A DNA stretch of 64,000 nucleotides, from the NCBI GenBank assembly GCA_030390025.1, contig CM059431.1:96970001-97034000 (forward strand). Direction: 5' to 3'. Numbering within the stretch: the stretch's first letter is position 1; every line of letters starts with the position of its first letter. The translations under genes and the position numbers were made by a program. The notes under the pieces were generated by a model, which saw only the letters and a program-made list of their open reading frames with translations, ran no database searches and was not told where the DNA came from. This document shows, one piece after another, positions 1 to 10,077 of the stretch. The DNA is from Squalus acanthias. Its lineage: Eukaryota.

Positions 1-1200
1 ATTGTGGCAAGCCGGGTGATCGGTCCCGTCGCCACTGGAGACGCCGACCCCGTTCTGGACAGCAATGGTAAGGTCATCACCTTTTTGTCCTCTGTCCTTC
101 CACTTGTCCCTCACAACATCAGCCTTTGACACTTTCAATCCAACTTGCTAACTCGCTGCACTTATTCCTCCCTTACTGCCACCCTGTCCTCACGCTAAAG
201 CCACTCTTGTACCTCCCTGCTTTCAGATGGTGATTCACCAGCTGAGGAGACGGGCCCTGAAGCTGCCAGTGGGAGTGAAGCTGCAGCCGAGGAGGAAGAG
301 GAAGCCGGAGCATCAGTGCCACCCTCTCCCGAGGAAGCCCATGCCCACACTGGGAACACGCCTTCCCTGGAGGGGAGCAGGGGGGAAGGGTCTGATGAGG
401 GTGAAGCTCCAGGACCCAGCGGGCTGCAGCAACGCCATGGGGGTAGGGAAGAACGGGGGCCTTCTCCCCAGAGGGAGAGTATGCCAGAGACTCCTACTGC
501 AATGGACGCAGAGGAGGAGCGGCTGATCGCAGAAATGAACACCCAGGCGGTGGGCATGCACACTGAGCTCATGGGTGCAGTGGCAAGGGTGCCCGAATGC
601 ATTGAGTCACTGGCAAGGAGTGTGGAGCACTTCGCTGCAGCACAGGCGGATGCCACACTAACGCTTAGAGCTGCAATTCAGTCACTGACTGCCGTGATCC
701 CATCTCTGACTGCTCTCATGCAGACTCAGATTGAGGCCACGCGAGCACTGACTGCTGCCAACCTCGATGGTTCGTTCACATGTCCCCGGGGCTCTCACCG
801 CGCCGCAGCAGGCCAGCAATCTGTGCTCCAGCAGATTGCTCCGGATGCTGAAGTGCTGCCCCGTGGGAGTGCCAGTGTGTTGGGCGAGCAGGGAGTTGCT
901 GTCCTCTCTCACGATGACAGCATTCCTGCTGCCAACACTGTCACTTCTCCACTGCACTTGCCACCGCCTGTAGGACAGACTGCTGCCACCCATGCAGAGT
1001 TGGTGCAGTCTGCAGCCAGGCCCTCCAGGCCCAGAACTGGTCGAGGCCGTCCTTCAGGGGCATCTGCAGTGTCAGGGTCTGATGATCAGCAGCCTTCCAC
1101 CAGCCTTGCTGCAGCCACTGAGGTCCCATTACGGAGGAGCAGTAGGGTTACAAGGGGGGAAGTGCGCAAGGGAAGATCACCCTCGAAGGGCAAAAAGTAG
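1..1200 (+). CDS. Harbinger second ORF (probable Myb/SANT-like partner), 3' exons 1-67 and 227-1200
   Basis: Frame 1 is open over 1-67, followed by a GTAAGG donor at 68 and a pyrimidine tract ending TTTCAG at 221-226. The phase-1 splice joins in frame to ORF 316..1200 (acidic/low-complexity, helical segment, basic C-terminus). The Myb domain itself is not in the window, so the identity is inferred from position. Confidence 0.7.
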
Positions 1201-1510
1201 AAGGTGTGACAAAATGCTGGTCATTTTTTTATTAAAGGCCGAGGTTCGTGGTCCAACTTTTGTCTAGTGTTTTGGACATTATCTCCAGGTTGTGAGAACC
1301 AGTTATGTTAATGACTGTTTTTTTGTGTTTATTTCTGAGTTTGTCATGAGGAAATGACACACACAGAGTTTGTAAAATAAATAAGTTTTTGTATTCAAAA
1401 TATACATGTTTGGTGTTTGTAATCATTGGTGCCTTGGACGGCTTAGGGGTTGCGTGCTGGGTTCATTGATGTTGTTAGCAATGGCAGAAGCCATTTCCAC
1501 AGCAGGGGCC

Positions 1511-2671
1511 CTAGAAGCGGCTTGCTATCAGCCGTTGACGGACGGCCCTTGCAGTTTCACCATTGTGGGCCGCCCTCCCGCCTTGGTGCTGCTGATGATC
1601 ATCCTCCTCGTCCTCTTCCTCCTCTTCCTCCTCCTCCTCTGGTGGTGCTCCAAGGCCTGGTGGCATTGGCTGGGTCCTGACGATTGCCATGTTATGCAAC
1701 ATGCAGCACACAACTACGAAGTTGGATACTCGCTCAGGCGAGTACTGCAGGGCTCCTCCAGAATGGTCGAGACAGCGGAACCGTTGCTTCAGCACGCCGA
1801 TTGTGCGCTCAATGATGTTCCTGGTAGCTTGATGGCTCTCGTTGTACCGCAGCTCAGCAGGGGTGTTGGGCGTACGGAGCGGTGTCATCAGCCAGGTGCT
1901 CAATGGATACCCCTTGTCCCCGAGAAGCCAACCAACTGGCTGATGCGGTGCCTCGAAAAGTTCTGCCACAGTAGTCTGGCACAGGATGAAAGCATCGTGG
2001 CAGCTGCCAGGATAGTGGGCATTGACAGCGAGTATCAGCTGTCTGTGGTCACAGACCAACTGAACATTCAAGGAATGGAACCCCTTTCTGTTCCGGAAAT
2101 CCTCGGCATTCTCATGTGGAGCACGCAAAGCCACATGCGTGCAGTCAATGGCGCCCTGCACCATGGGGAAGCCCGCTATCCTCGCAAAGCCCAGAGCACG
2201 GTCACGCTGCTTGTCTGGGGTCATGGGGAAAGAGATGAACTCTCGTCTCCTTTTAAAGAGGGCATTTGTGACCTGCCGGATGCAGCAATGCACCGCGAAC
2301 TGGGAGATATTGGCGAGGTCCCCAGCAGCAGCTTGAAATGAGCCAGTAGCATAGAAGTTGAGAGCCACTGTGACCTTCACTGCCACCGACAGAGACGTCC
2401 TGGACCTCAGTTGAGGCTGCAGATCTGGCTGCAGCAGGTGGCAGAGCTCAGTGACCACCTCCTTGCTGAATCGCAGCCTTCGCAAACACAGCTCCTCAGA
2501 CATATGAATGTAGGAGAGCTGTTCACGATATACCCTGGGAGGGTAAGCTCTCCTGTACATACGCCTGTTGGCCCTCCTCCGTCTGGCCATCATTGCCACT
2601 CTCTCTCTGCGTCTCTGTGTCCTCCGATTCAGCTGGAGCAGGACGACGCCCCCAATCAGTGCAGCCCCCAT
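1511..2671 (-). CDS. PIF/Harbinger DDE transposase (HARBI1-like), 386 aa from the first ATG
   Basis: Motifs LRF..., ALNFYATGS, GAIDCTH (D), NRKGFHSLNVQLVCD, PGSCHD, LGDKGY (D), RNIIERTIGVLKQRFRCL (E), CCMLHN and an acidic tail. No stops or frameshifts. A TATTTAAA element lies upstream on the minus strand near 2866-2873. Confidence 0.93.
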   Translation of the reverse strand: MGAALIGGVVLLQLNRRTQRRRERVAMMARRRRANRRMYRRAYPPRVYREQLSYIHMSEELCLRRLRFSKEVVTELCHLLQPDLQPQLRSRTSLSVAVKVTVALNFYATGSFQAAAGDLANISQFAVHCCIRQVTNALFKRRREFISFPMTPDKQRDRALGFARIAGFPMVQGAIDCTHVALRAPHENAEDFRNRKGFHSLNVQLVCDHRQLILAVNAHYPGSCHDAFILCQTTVAELFEAPHQPVGWLLGDKGYPLSTWLMTPLRTPNTPAELRYNESHQATRNIIERTIGVLKQRFRCLDHSGGALQYSPERVSNFVVVCCMLHNMAIVRTQPMPPGLGAPPEEEEEEEEEDEEDDHQQHQGGRAAHNGETARAVRQRLIASRF

Positions 2672-3183
2672 AGTCTCTTTGCAAGCAAAGTTATGAAGGA
2701 CAGCAACCAAAGTAGCAGCGAAGTTAGGATCAGTAGGCAAAACTACCTCACAAAGCGTTGACTCAATGCAGAAGTCTCTCTTTCTCTCTCTCCGAATCTC
2801 TCTCTCTCTCTCAGAACGAGTGGTGCAAAAATGTCAACCATAGAAAAAGACAGGAAGAGGCCCCCTTTAAATAGCGCCCCCCCCAGCCCCACAGCGATTG
2901 ATAGCGTTCCAGTCTTCTGGTCGTTGGATGCGCCAGGCGGTAAGGCAGGGGGCGCCACTCAATTTCCGCTCCGGGGCGCCACAAGGGCGTTGCACCATGG
3001 AATGACGTCACAATCTGCACGCGCAGGTGGTCGCAGCGGTAAGGTTTAGCACCGCCGCACAATGTCTAGTTAAGTTCCCGAGTGGCGCAAACATCGCTGC
3101 GCCCGGGCGCTAGCGGCTTTGCGCCCCATTAGCGCCCTCTTAAGGCGCTAATGGGAAGCGCAACCAACTGAATTTTTACCCCC

Positions 3184-3655
3184 AATGGTTCCCTCCCATT
3201 TTTGGTATGCTTTTTGTGTCTTCTCCTGTGAAGACAGATACAAAATATTTGTTTAAATGGCCATTTCCTTATTCCCCATAATAATTTCTCCTGTCTCAGC
3301 CTCTAAGGGACCAACGTTTACTTTTGCTACTCGTTTCCTTTTTACATACTTGTAGAAGCTCTTACAATCTGCTTTTATATTTCTTGCTAGTTTTCTCTCA
3401 TATTCTATTTTTTCCCTTTTTATCAATTGTTTGGTCAACCTTTGCTGGTTTCTGAAACTCTCCCAATCCTCAGGCTTACTATTATTCTTTGCAACATTAT
3501 AAGCTTCTTCTTTTAATCTAATGCTATCCTTAACTTCTTTAGTTAGCCACGGTTGGATCACTTTGCCCGTGGAGTTTTTGTTTCTCTATGGAATGTATTT
3601 TTGTTGAGAATTATGAAATATTTCTTTAAATGCTAGCCACTGCTTATCTACTGCC
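3184..3655 (-). mobile_element. CR1 LINE ORF2 fragment
   Basis: ORF 3253..3561 (QPWLTKEVKDSI...CKSFYKYVKRKR...NVGPL) is homologous to the CR1 ORF2 at 18274..20715. Confidence 0.9.
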
Positions 3656-4618
3656 ATCAGCTCTTCTCAATCATTAACAATTACAGCAAGTCAGAGGCTG
3701 ATGAGTGATATCAGGAATGTATGTGAGGAACATGACTCGAAATAACATGAATCTGAGAAACATGCATCTGAGAAAATACCTCAAGAGGAACAAATCTGCA
3801 ATTTTAATCCACCTCCCCCCTGACCCCCCCCCCCCCACCCCCCCAGTTCTCATGGGTTAAAATTTCTATAATTTCTGCCTCAACCGCAAACCTTGGAAGT
3901 GAATTCCAGTCTCATAACGTTTTGTGCAACAAATATTTTGCTGCCATCTGTTCTAAATCGCTTACATTTAATCTCATGACTATGGCCCCTTGTTCTTGAC
4001 TCCGCAACAAAAACAACAATTTGCATTTATATAGTGCCTTTAACTTAGTAAAACATCCCAAGGTGCTTCACAGAAGCGTTATTGAACAATATTTGACCCC
4101 GAGCCACATAAGGAGATATTAGGACAGATGACCAAAAGCTTGGTCAAAGAGGTAGGTTTTAAGGAGCGTCTTAAAGGAGGAGGGAGAGGTTAAAGAGCTT
4201 ACAGTCTAGATGCTGAAGGCACAGCTGTCAACAGTGGAGCGATTAAAGACCGGTGATGTGCAAGATGCTAAAATTGGAAGAGCGCAGAGATCTCGAAAGG
4301 TTGTAGGGCTGGAGGAGGTTACAGAGATAGGGAGGGATGAGGCCAAGGAGGGATTTGAAAACAAGGATAAGAATTTTAAAATTGAAGCGTTACCGACCGG
4401 GAGCCAATGTTGGTCAGCAATCACAGGGGGTGATGGGTGAAAGGGACTTGGTGCGAGTTAGGATACGGGCAGCAGAGTTTTAGATGAGTTCAAGTTTATC
4501 GACGATGGAAGAGGAGAGGCTAACACTGTGTTGGAATGGTCAAGTCCAGAGGTAAGAAAGGCATGGATGAGGGTTTCAGCAGCGGATGAGCTGAGGCGGG
4601 AGTAGGTGTCTTGGTGAT

Positions 4619-5037
4619 ATAGAAACATAGAATCTAGGAGCAGGAGTAGGCCATTCGGCCCGTCGAGCCTGCTCCGCCATTCAATACGATCATGGCTGAT
4701 CATCCAAATCCAGTACCCTGTCCCTGCTTTAATCCCCACAGTACACATATCCCACCCTACCCCCGTGTATTTAATTCCCCCTAACATATCCCATCCTATC
4801 CCCATAACCCCACATATTTAATCCCCCCTAACACTAAGGGTCAATTTATCATAGCCAAATCAACCTAACCCACACATTTTTGGACTGTGGGAGGAAACCG
4901 GAGCACCCGGAGGAAACCCACGCAGACACGGGGAGAATGTGCAAACTCCACACAGACAGTCACCCGAGGTCAGATTCGAACCCGGGTCTCTGGCGCTGTG
5001 AGGCACCAGTGCTAACCACTATGCCACCGTGTTGCCC
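4619..5037 (-). mobile_element. tRNA-derived V-SINE (HE1-like) with CR1-derived 3' tail
   Basis: Minus-strand head has an A box (TGGCATAGTGG) and a B box (GGTTCGAATC). The V-domain core reads GGAGGAAACCGGAGCACCCGGAGGAAACCCACGCAGACACGGGGAGAATGTGCAAACTCCACACAGAC on the plus strand. The tail at 4619-4730 matches CR1 3' ends in this window. Confidence 0.85.
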
Positions 5038-5259
5038 TGGAGGAGATATGTGGTCGGAAGCTCATCTCGGGGTCAAATACGACACCAAGGTTGTGAGCGG
5101 TCTGGTTCAGCCTCAGATGGTTGCCAGAGAGGGATGGAGTCAGTGGCTAGGGAACAGAATTTGTGGCGGGAACTGAAAACAATGGCTTTGGTTTTCCCAA
5201 TATTTCGTTGAGACAGCCACAAAGTAGAATGCTAAGATCACCTGATTGGTAGAAGGGGA

Positions 5260-6150
5260 ACTACTAGCCGCGCCTCTAGCCAAGCTGTTCCAGTACAGCT
5301 ACAACACTGGCATCTATCTGACAATGTGGAAAACTTCCCAGGTATGTCCTGTCCACAAAAAGCAGGACAAATCCAACCCGGTCAATTACCGCCCCATCAG
5401 TCTACTCTCAATTAGTAAAGTGATGGAAGGTGTCATACACAGTGCTATCAAGCGGCACTTACTCACCAATAACCTGCTCACTGATGCCTAGTTTGGGTTC
5501 CGCCAAGACCACTCAGGTCCCGACCTCATTACAGCCTTGGTCCAAACATTGACAAAGGAGCTGAATTCCAGAGGTGAGGTGAGAGTGACTGTCCTTGACA
5601 TCAAGGCAGTATTTGACTGAGTGTGGCATCAAAGAGCCCTAGTAAAACTGAAGTCAATGGGAATCAGGGGGAAAATGCTCCACTGGCTGGAGTCATACCT
5701 ACCACAAAGGAAGATGGTTGTGGTGGTTGAAGGTCAATCATCACAGCCCCTGGACATCGCTGCAGGAGTTCCTCAGGGCAGTGTCCTAGGCCCAACCATC
5801 TTCAGCTGCTTCATCAATGACCTTCCCTCCAACATAAGTTCAGAAATGTGGATGTTCGCTGATGACTGCACTGTGTTCAGTGCTTTTCACAACTCCTCAG
5901 ATAATGAAGCAGTCCATGTCCACATGCAACAAGACCTGGACAATGTTCAGGCTTGGGCTGATAAGTGGCAGGTAACATTTGCGCCACAGAAGTGCCACAC
6001 AATGACTATCTCCAACAAGCGAGCGTCTAACCACCTCCCCTTGACATTCAACGGCATTACCATTGCCGAATCCCCCACGATGGGCCGAAGGGCCTCTTTC
6101 TGTGTTGTATGACTCTATGACCATCAACATCCTGGGGGTCACCGTTGACA
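5260..6150 (+). mobile_element. Internal RT fragment of a second LINE family (same family as 17250-22010)
   Basis: [32 protein letters not shown] and MFADD motifs. A short CR1-type tail is nested at about 6077-6120. Confidence 0.85.
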
Positions 6151-9100
6151 ACGGTGTTCCCAATATTTAATTGGAGAAAATCTCTGCTTATCCAGTACTG
6201 GATGTCGGACAAACAGTCTGATAATTTAAAGACAGTGGAGGGGTCGAGAGAAGTGGTGGTGAGGTAGAACTGGTTGTCATCAGCATACATGTGGAAACTG
6301 ACGCTGTGTTTTTGGATGATGTCGCCAAGGGGCAACATATAGATGAGAAATAGGATGGGGCCCAACGATAGATCCTTGGGGGACACCAGAGGTAACGATG
6401 CGGGAGCAGGAAGAGAAGCCATTGCAGGAGATTCTCTGGCTACAATTAGATAGATAAGAATGGAACCAGGTGAGTGCAGTCTCATCCAGCTGGACGACGG
6501 TGGAGAGGCGTCGGAGGAAGATTGGACTGGTCAACCATGTCAAAGGCTGCAGACAGCTCGAGAAGGACAACACAAGCTGGTGAACATTCCAGTAAAACAC
6601 TGTTTTCAGCAAACAAATGTCCCTGCTTATCACATGAAAAACAAACCTTGCAGCAATGATTGGGGTAGTTCCAAAAATCAGTGAGCCCTGAACAAAGACA
6701 CAAAAAAGGACAGCGAATGGTGAACTGCGGCCCAACACTCAGTCTCACTGAGCAATAGTACTTGGTTCTTCTGACAGATGTTAAGGCGTCTATTGCAGGC
6801 TGGACAACAATCTTAGGATTAAGACTACAGAAATCACCCCTGCATTGAAATGATCAGATTTGCTTCCTTATTCCATCCTGGGATTACGCCTCCCTATTCT
6901 ACCTTGATGCTCAAAGATCTATATTCCATTAGTTTCTCATAGTTTTCCAGCTACTTTCTTGCATGCAGCCCAATCCCATCTTTTTTGCATGCATGCAACA
7001 CATTTTCATTTAGGCTTTGCCCTCATACTGTTAAATCAGTGTTCACAACAAAAGCAATGGCAAGGCTGCTGTTGCTCTGCGGTGCGAGGGTGCTATGCAT
7101 CTTGGTGCCCAATCTTCGTTCCCTCACTTGAGAAATGTATTTTGCCTCAACCTAGTATGTGGTCTCCACCTGGTGGAGTTAAGATCTGAAAATCACCATG
7201 CGAGACATCACTGCGGGAGTGGGAGTTGTTAATACATCACATTGTACCATTCTGTGCCACAGGCAGCCCGTCACTGTGTAGTATACCCCTGGCCAATTAC
7301 CCTTAAAGGGATTACTAATCATTCTTCATTTTAACAGTTATCAGGTTTTCCCAAATTTAAAAATGTCATTGCTTTTCACCTTTTTATATGAATCACTGGA
7401 AATCCAGCCAAAGTAAGATTTGAAGCCACCTATTAAAACATGCCAGAGGCGAAAGATCAGTGCTGCAGCATCATGAAATGTTGTTGGAAATGGACAAAGT
7501 AAATGTCTAGTAAATATTATTGGTGAAGTAGCAAGATGATATTTGGGCTGTTGGAAATGCGTTGGACACAAAATGGATTGCTGACTATGTAACAGTTATG
7601 ATAATTTCTGAATAAGTGTTTAAATTTAAAAAATTATTAGACAATTGACAAAGAATTTCACCAAAAAAAACACTGTAAAGTGTCTGTTTCCCAGCAGTGC
7701 TGCCTGAATCTCAAGTGCTGCAAGAGCAGGATCAGGAGGGGGCAGCGCTGTTTACTGAAGCACCTCCACTGGTTGGTTGTGCGACTGAAAAGTGCATTTG
7801 TTAAATCATCAAAATGGATCAGGTGGATGGAAGTGAAATATTTGTACAGATGGGCGGGGGAACTTTGAAAACCTTGGTCCTAAAAGCAATGAGGCAGCAA
7901 AAGTATCACGGAAGATTCAGTGCATCGATGGTATATAAAGGGCGAGTAATCAGAGGCAGAAACAGGAGAATCAGAAGACCTTGTGTGCAAAGGAAAATAA
8001 TGATATTATATTCTTGTCTATTAATTCTGCTAACTACTTAAATCCCAGAGTTCAAACGCAGGCTCCCACTACCTTGTAAATGGATGAAGACACATCCCAG
8101 CTAACATGCAGATCGTTCCCCAAAATGCATCAACCCTACCATTTCCACCCTTGTGAACATTAAAAATAGACACTTTTATTCACTGATTACTAATTTGACA
8201 AGTGAATGAGTTAAAATTAAAAAAGGGCAACATGAAAAAAAAATCACAAAGGACCCCCCCTCCCCCCAAAGCGTTCCCACAAAGAGAAGGGTTGGGACTC
8301 CCAAATCTAGAGATCCGTGGATGTCAAGGAGTATACAGGGTAGGATAAGGAAAAAAAGGGAAGCTTGTGTCAGATACCGAGTGCTCAATACTACAGAAAG
8401 CCTTGAGGTGTATACAAAGCGCAGGGGTGAAATCAAAAAGGAAATTAGCAAAGCAAAGAGAGGGCATGAAAAAATATTGGCAAGTAAAATCAAGGAAAAC
8501 CCAAAGATGTTTTATAAATACATAAAGAGCAAGAGAATAACTAAGGAAAGGGCCTATTCGAGACCAAAAAGGTAACCTGTGTGTGGAGGCAGAAGATGTG
8601 GGTATGGTTCTTAATGAATACTTTGCGTCTGTCTTCACAGAAGAGAGGGACGATGCAGACATTGTAGTTAAGGAGGAGGAGTGTGGAATATTAGATGGGA
8701 TAAACAGAGAGAGAGGAAGTATTATTAGATGGGATAAAGAGAGAGAGAGGAAGTATTAAGTGGTTTAGCATCTTTGAAAGTAGATAAAATCGCCAGACCC
8801 AGATGAAATGTATCCCAGGCTTTTAAGAGAAGCAAGGGAGGAAATAGCGGAGGCGCTGACCATTATTTTCCAATCCTCACTGGCTACAGGCATGGTGCCA
8901 GGGGACTGGAGGACTGCTAACGGTGTACATTGTTTAAAAAGGGAGAAAGGGATAGACCGAATAATTACAGGCAAGTCAGCCTAACCTCGGTGGTGGGCAA
9001 ATTATATGAAAAATTCTGAGGGACAGTATTAATCATCAGGCATGGATTAATCAAGGACAGTCAGTATGGATTTGTTAAGGGAAGGTCATGTCTGATTAAC

Positions 9101-10077
9101 TTGATTGAATTTTTTGAGGAGGTAACGAGGAGAGCCGACGAGGGTAGTACATTTGATGTAGTCTACATGGATTTTAGCAAGGCCTTTGAGAGAGATCCCA
9201 CATGGCAGGTTGGTCAAAAAAGTAAAAGCCCATGGGATCCAAGGGAAAGTGGCAAGTTGGATCCAAAATTGGCTCAGTGGCAGGAAGCAAAGGGTAATGG
9301 TCGACGGGTGAGTTTGGAACTGGAAGGCTGTTTTTGTAACTAGAAGGCCATTTCCAGTGGGGTTCCGCAGGGCTCAGTACAAGGTCCCCTGCTTTTTGTT
9401 GTATATATCAATGATTTAGACTTCAATGTAGCGGGCATGATTAAGAAGTTTGCAGATGATACAAAAATTGGCCGTGTAGTTGATAGTGAGGAAGAAAGCT
9501 GTAGACTGCAGGAAGATATCAATGGACTGGTAAGGCGGGCAGAAGAGTGGCAAATGGAATTCAATCCGGAGAAGTGTGAGGTAATGCATTTGGGCAGGGC
9601 TAACAAGGCAAGGGAATACACAATAAATGGTAGGATACTGAGAAAGGTAGAGGAACAGAGAGACCTTGAAGTGCATGTCCACAGATCCCTGAAGGTAGCA
9701 GGACAGGTAGAGAAGGTGGTTAAGAAGGCATATGGGATACTGGTCTTTATTAGCCGAGGCATAGAATATAAGAGCAGAGAGGTTATGCTAGAACTGTATA
9801 AAACAGTAATTAGGCCACAGCTAGAGTACTGCGTACAGTTCTGGACACCGCATTACAAGAAAGATGTGACTGCACTAGACAGGGTACAGAAGAGATTTAC
9901 GAGGATGTTGCCAGGACTGGACAATTTTAGCTATGAGGAAAGATTGGATAGGCTGGAGTTGTTGTCTTTGGAACAGAGGAGGCTGAGGAGAGGCTTAATT
10001 GAGGTGTATAAAATTATGAAGGGGCTAGATAGAGTGGATAGGAAGCACCTATTTCCCTTAGCAGAGCAGTCAATTAC

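Larger units (their letters stand above)
1..3182. mobile_element. PIF/Harbinger DNA transposon, autonomous-type; left end lies outside the window
   Basis: Contains a HARBI1-like DDE transposase (-) and a convergent second ORF (+). Right terminus ...CCAACTGAATTTTTACCCC (3164-3182) reads GGGGTAAAAATTCAG on the other strand, like the other Harbinger-type ends in this window. CR1 sequence follows directly. Confidence 0.9.
4008..6570 (-). mobile_element. L2-type LINE 3' portion, split by a SINE (4619-5037) and a second insertion (5206-6156)
   Basis: RT motifs GVPQGS and FHMYADDNQFYL, plus AETLIHAFLTSGLDHSN typical of L2. The 3' tail reads AACAACAATTTGCATTTATATAGTGCC on the plus strand. Confidence 0.8.

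Noticed and set aside
1406..2341. 311-aa plus-strand ORF with an apparent hydrophobic segment
   Set aside because: Antisense shadow of the transposase; the Leu-rich run is the complement of its Glu/Asp tract.
1511..2740. Host HARBI1 gene
   Set aside because: It is intronless, paired with a second transposon ORF, and bounded by a TIR-like end abutting a CR1 fragment, so it is a transposon copy.
4965..5037. tRNA-like A/B boxes
   Set aside because: This is the head of a SINE, continuous with the V domain, not a stand-alone tRNA gene.
7732..7750. CTCF-like motif (TCAGGAGGGGGCAGCGC)
   Set aside because: A single short motif match without supporting context; expected by chance in 64 kb.
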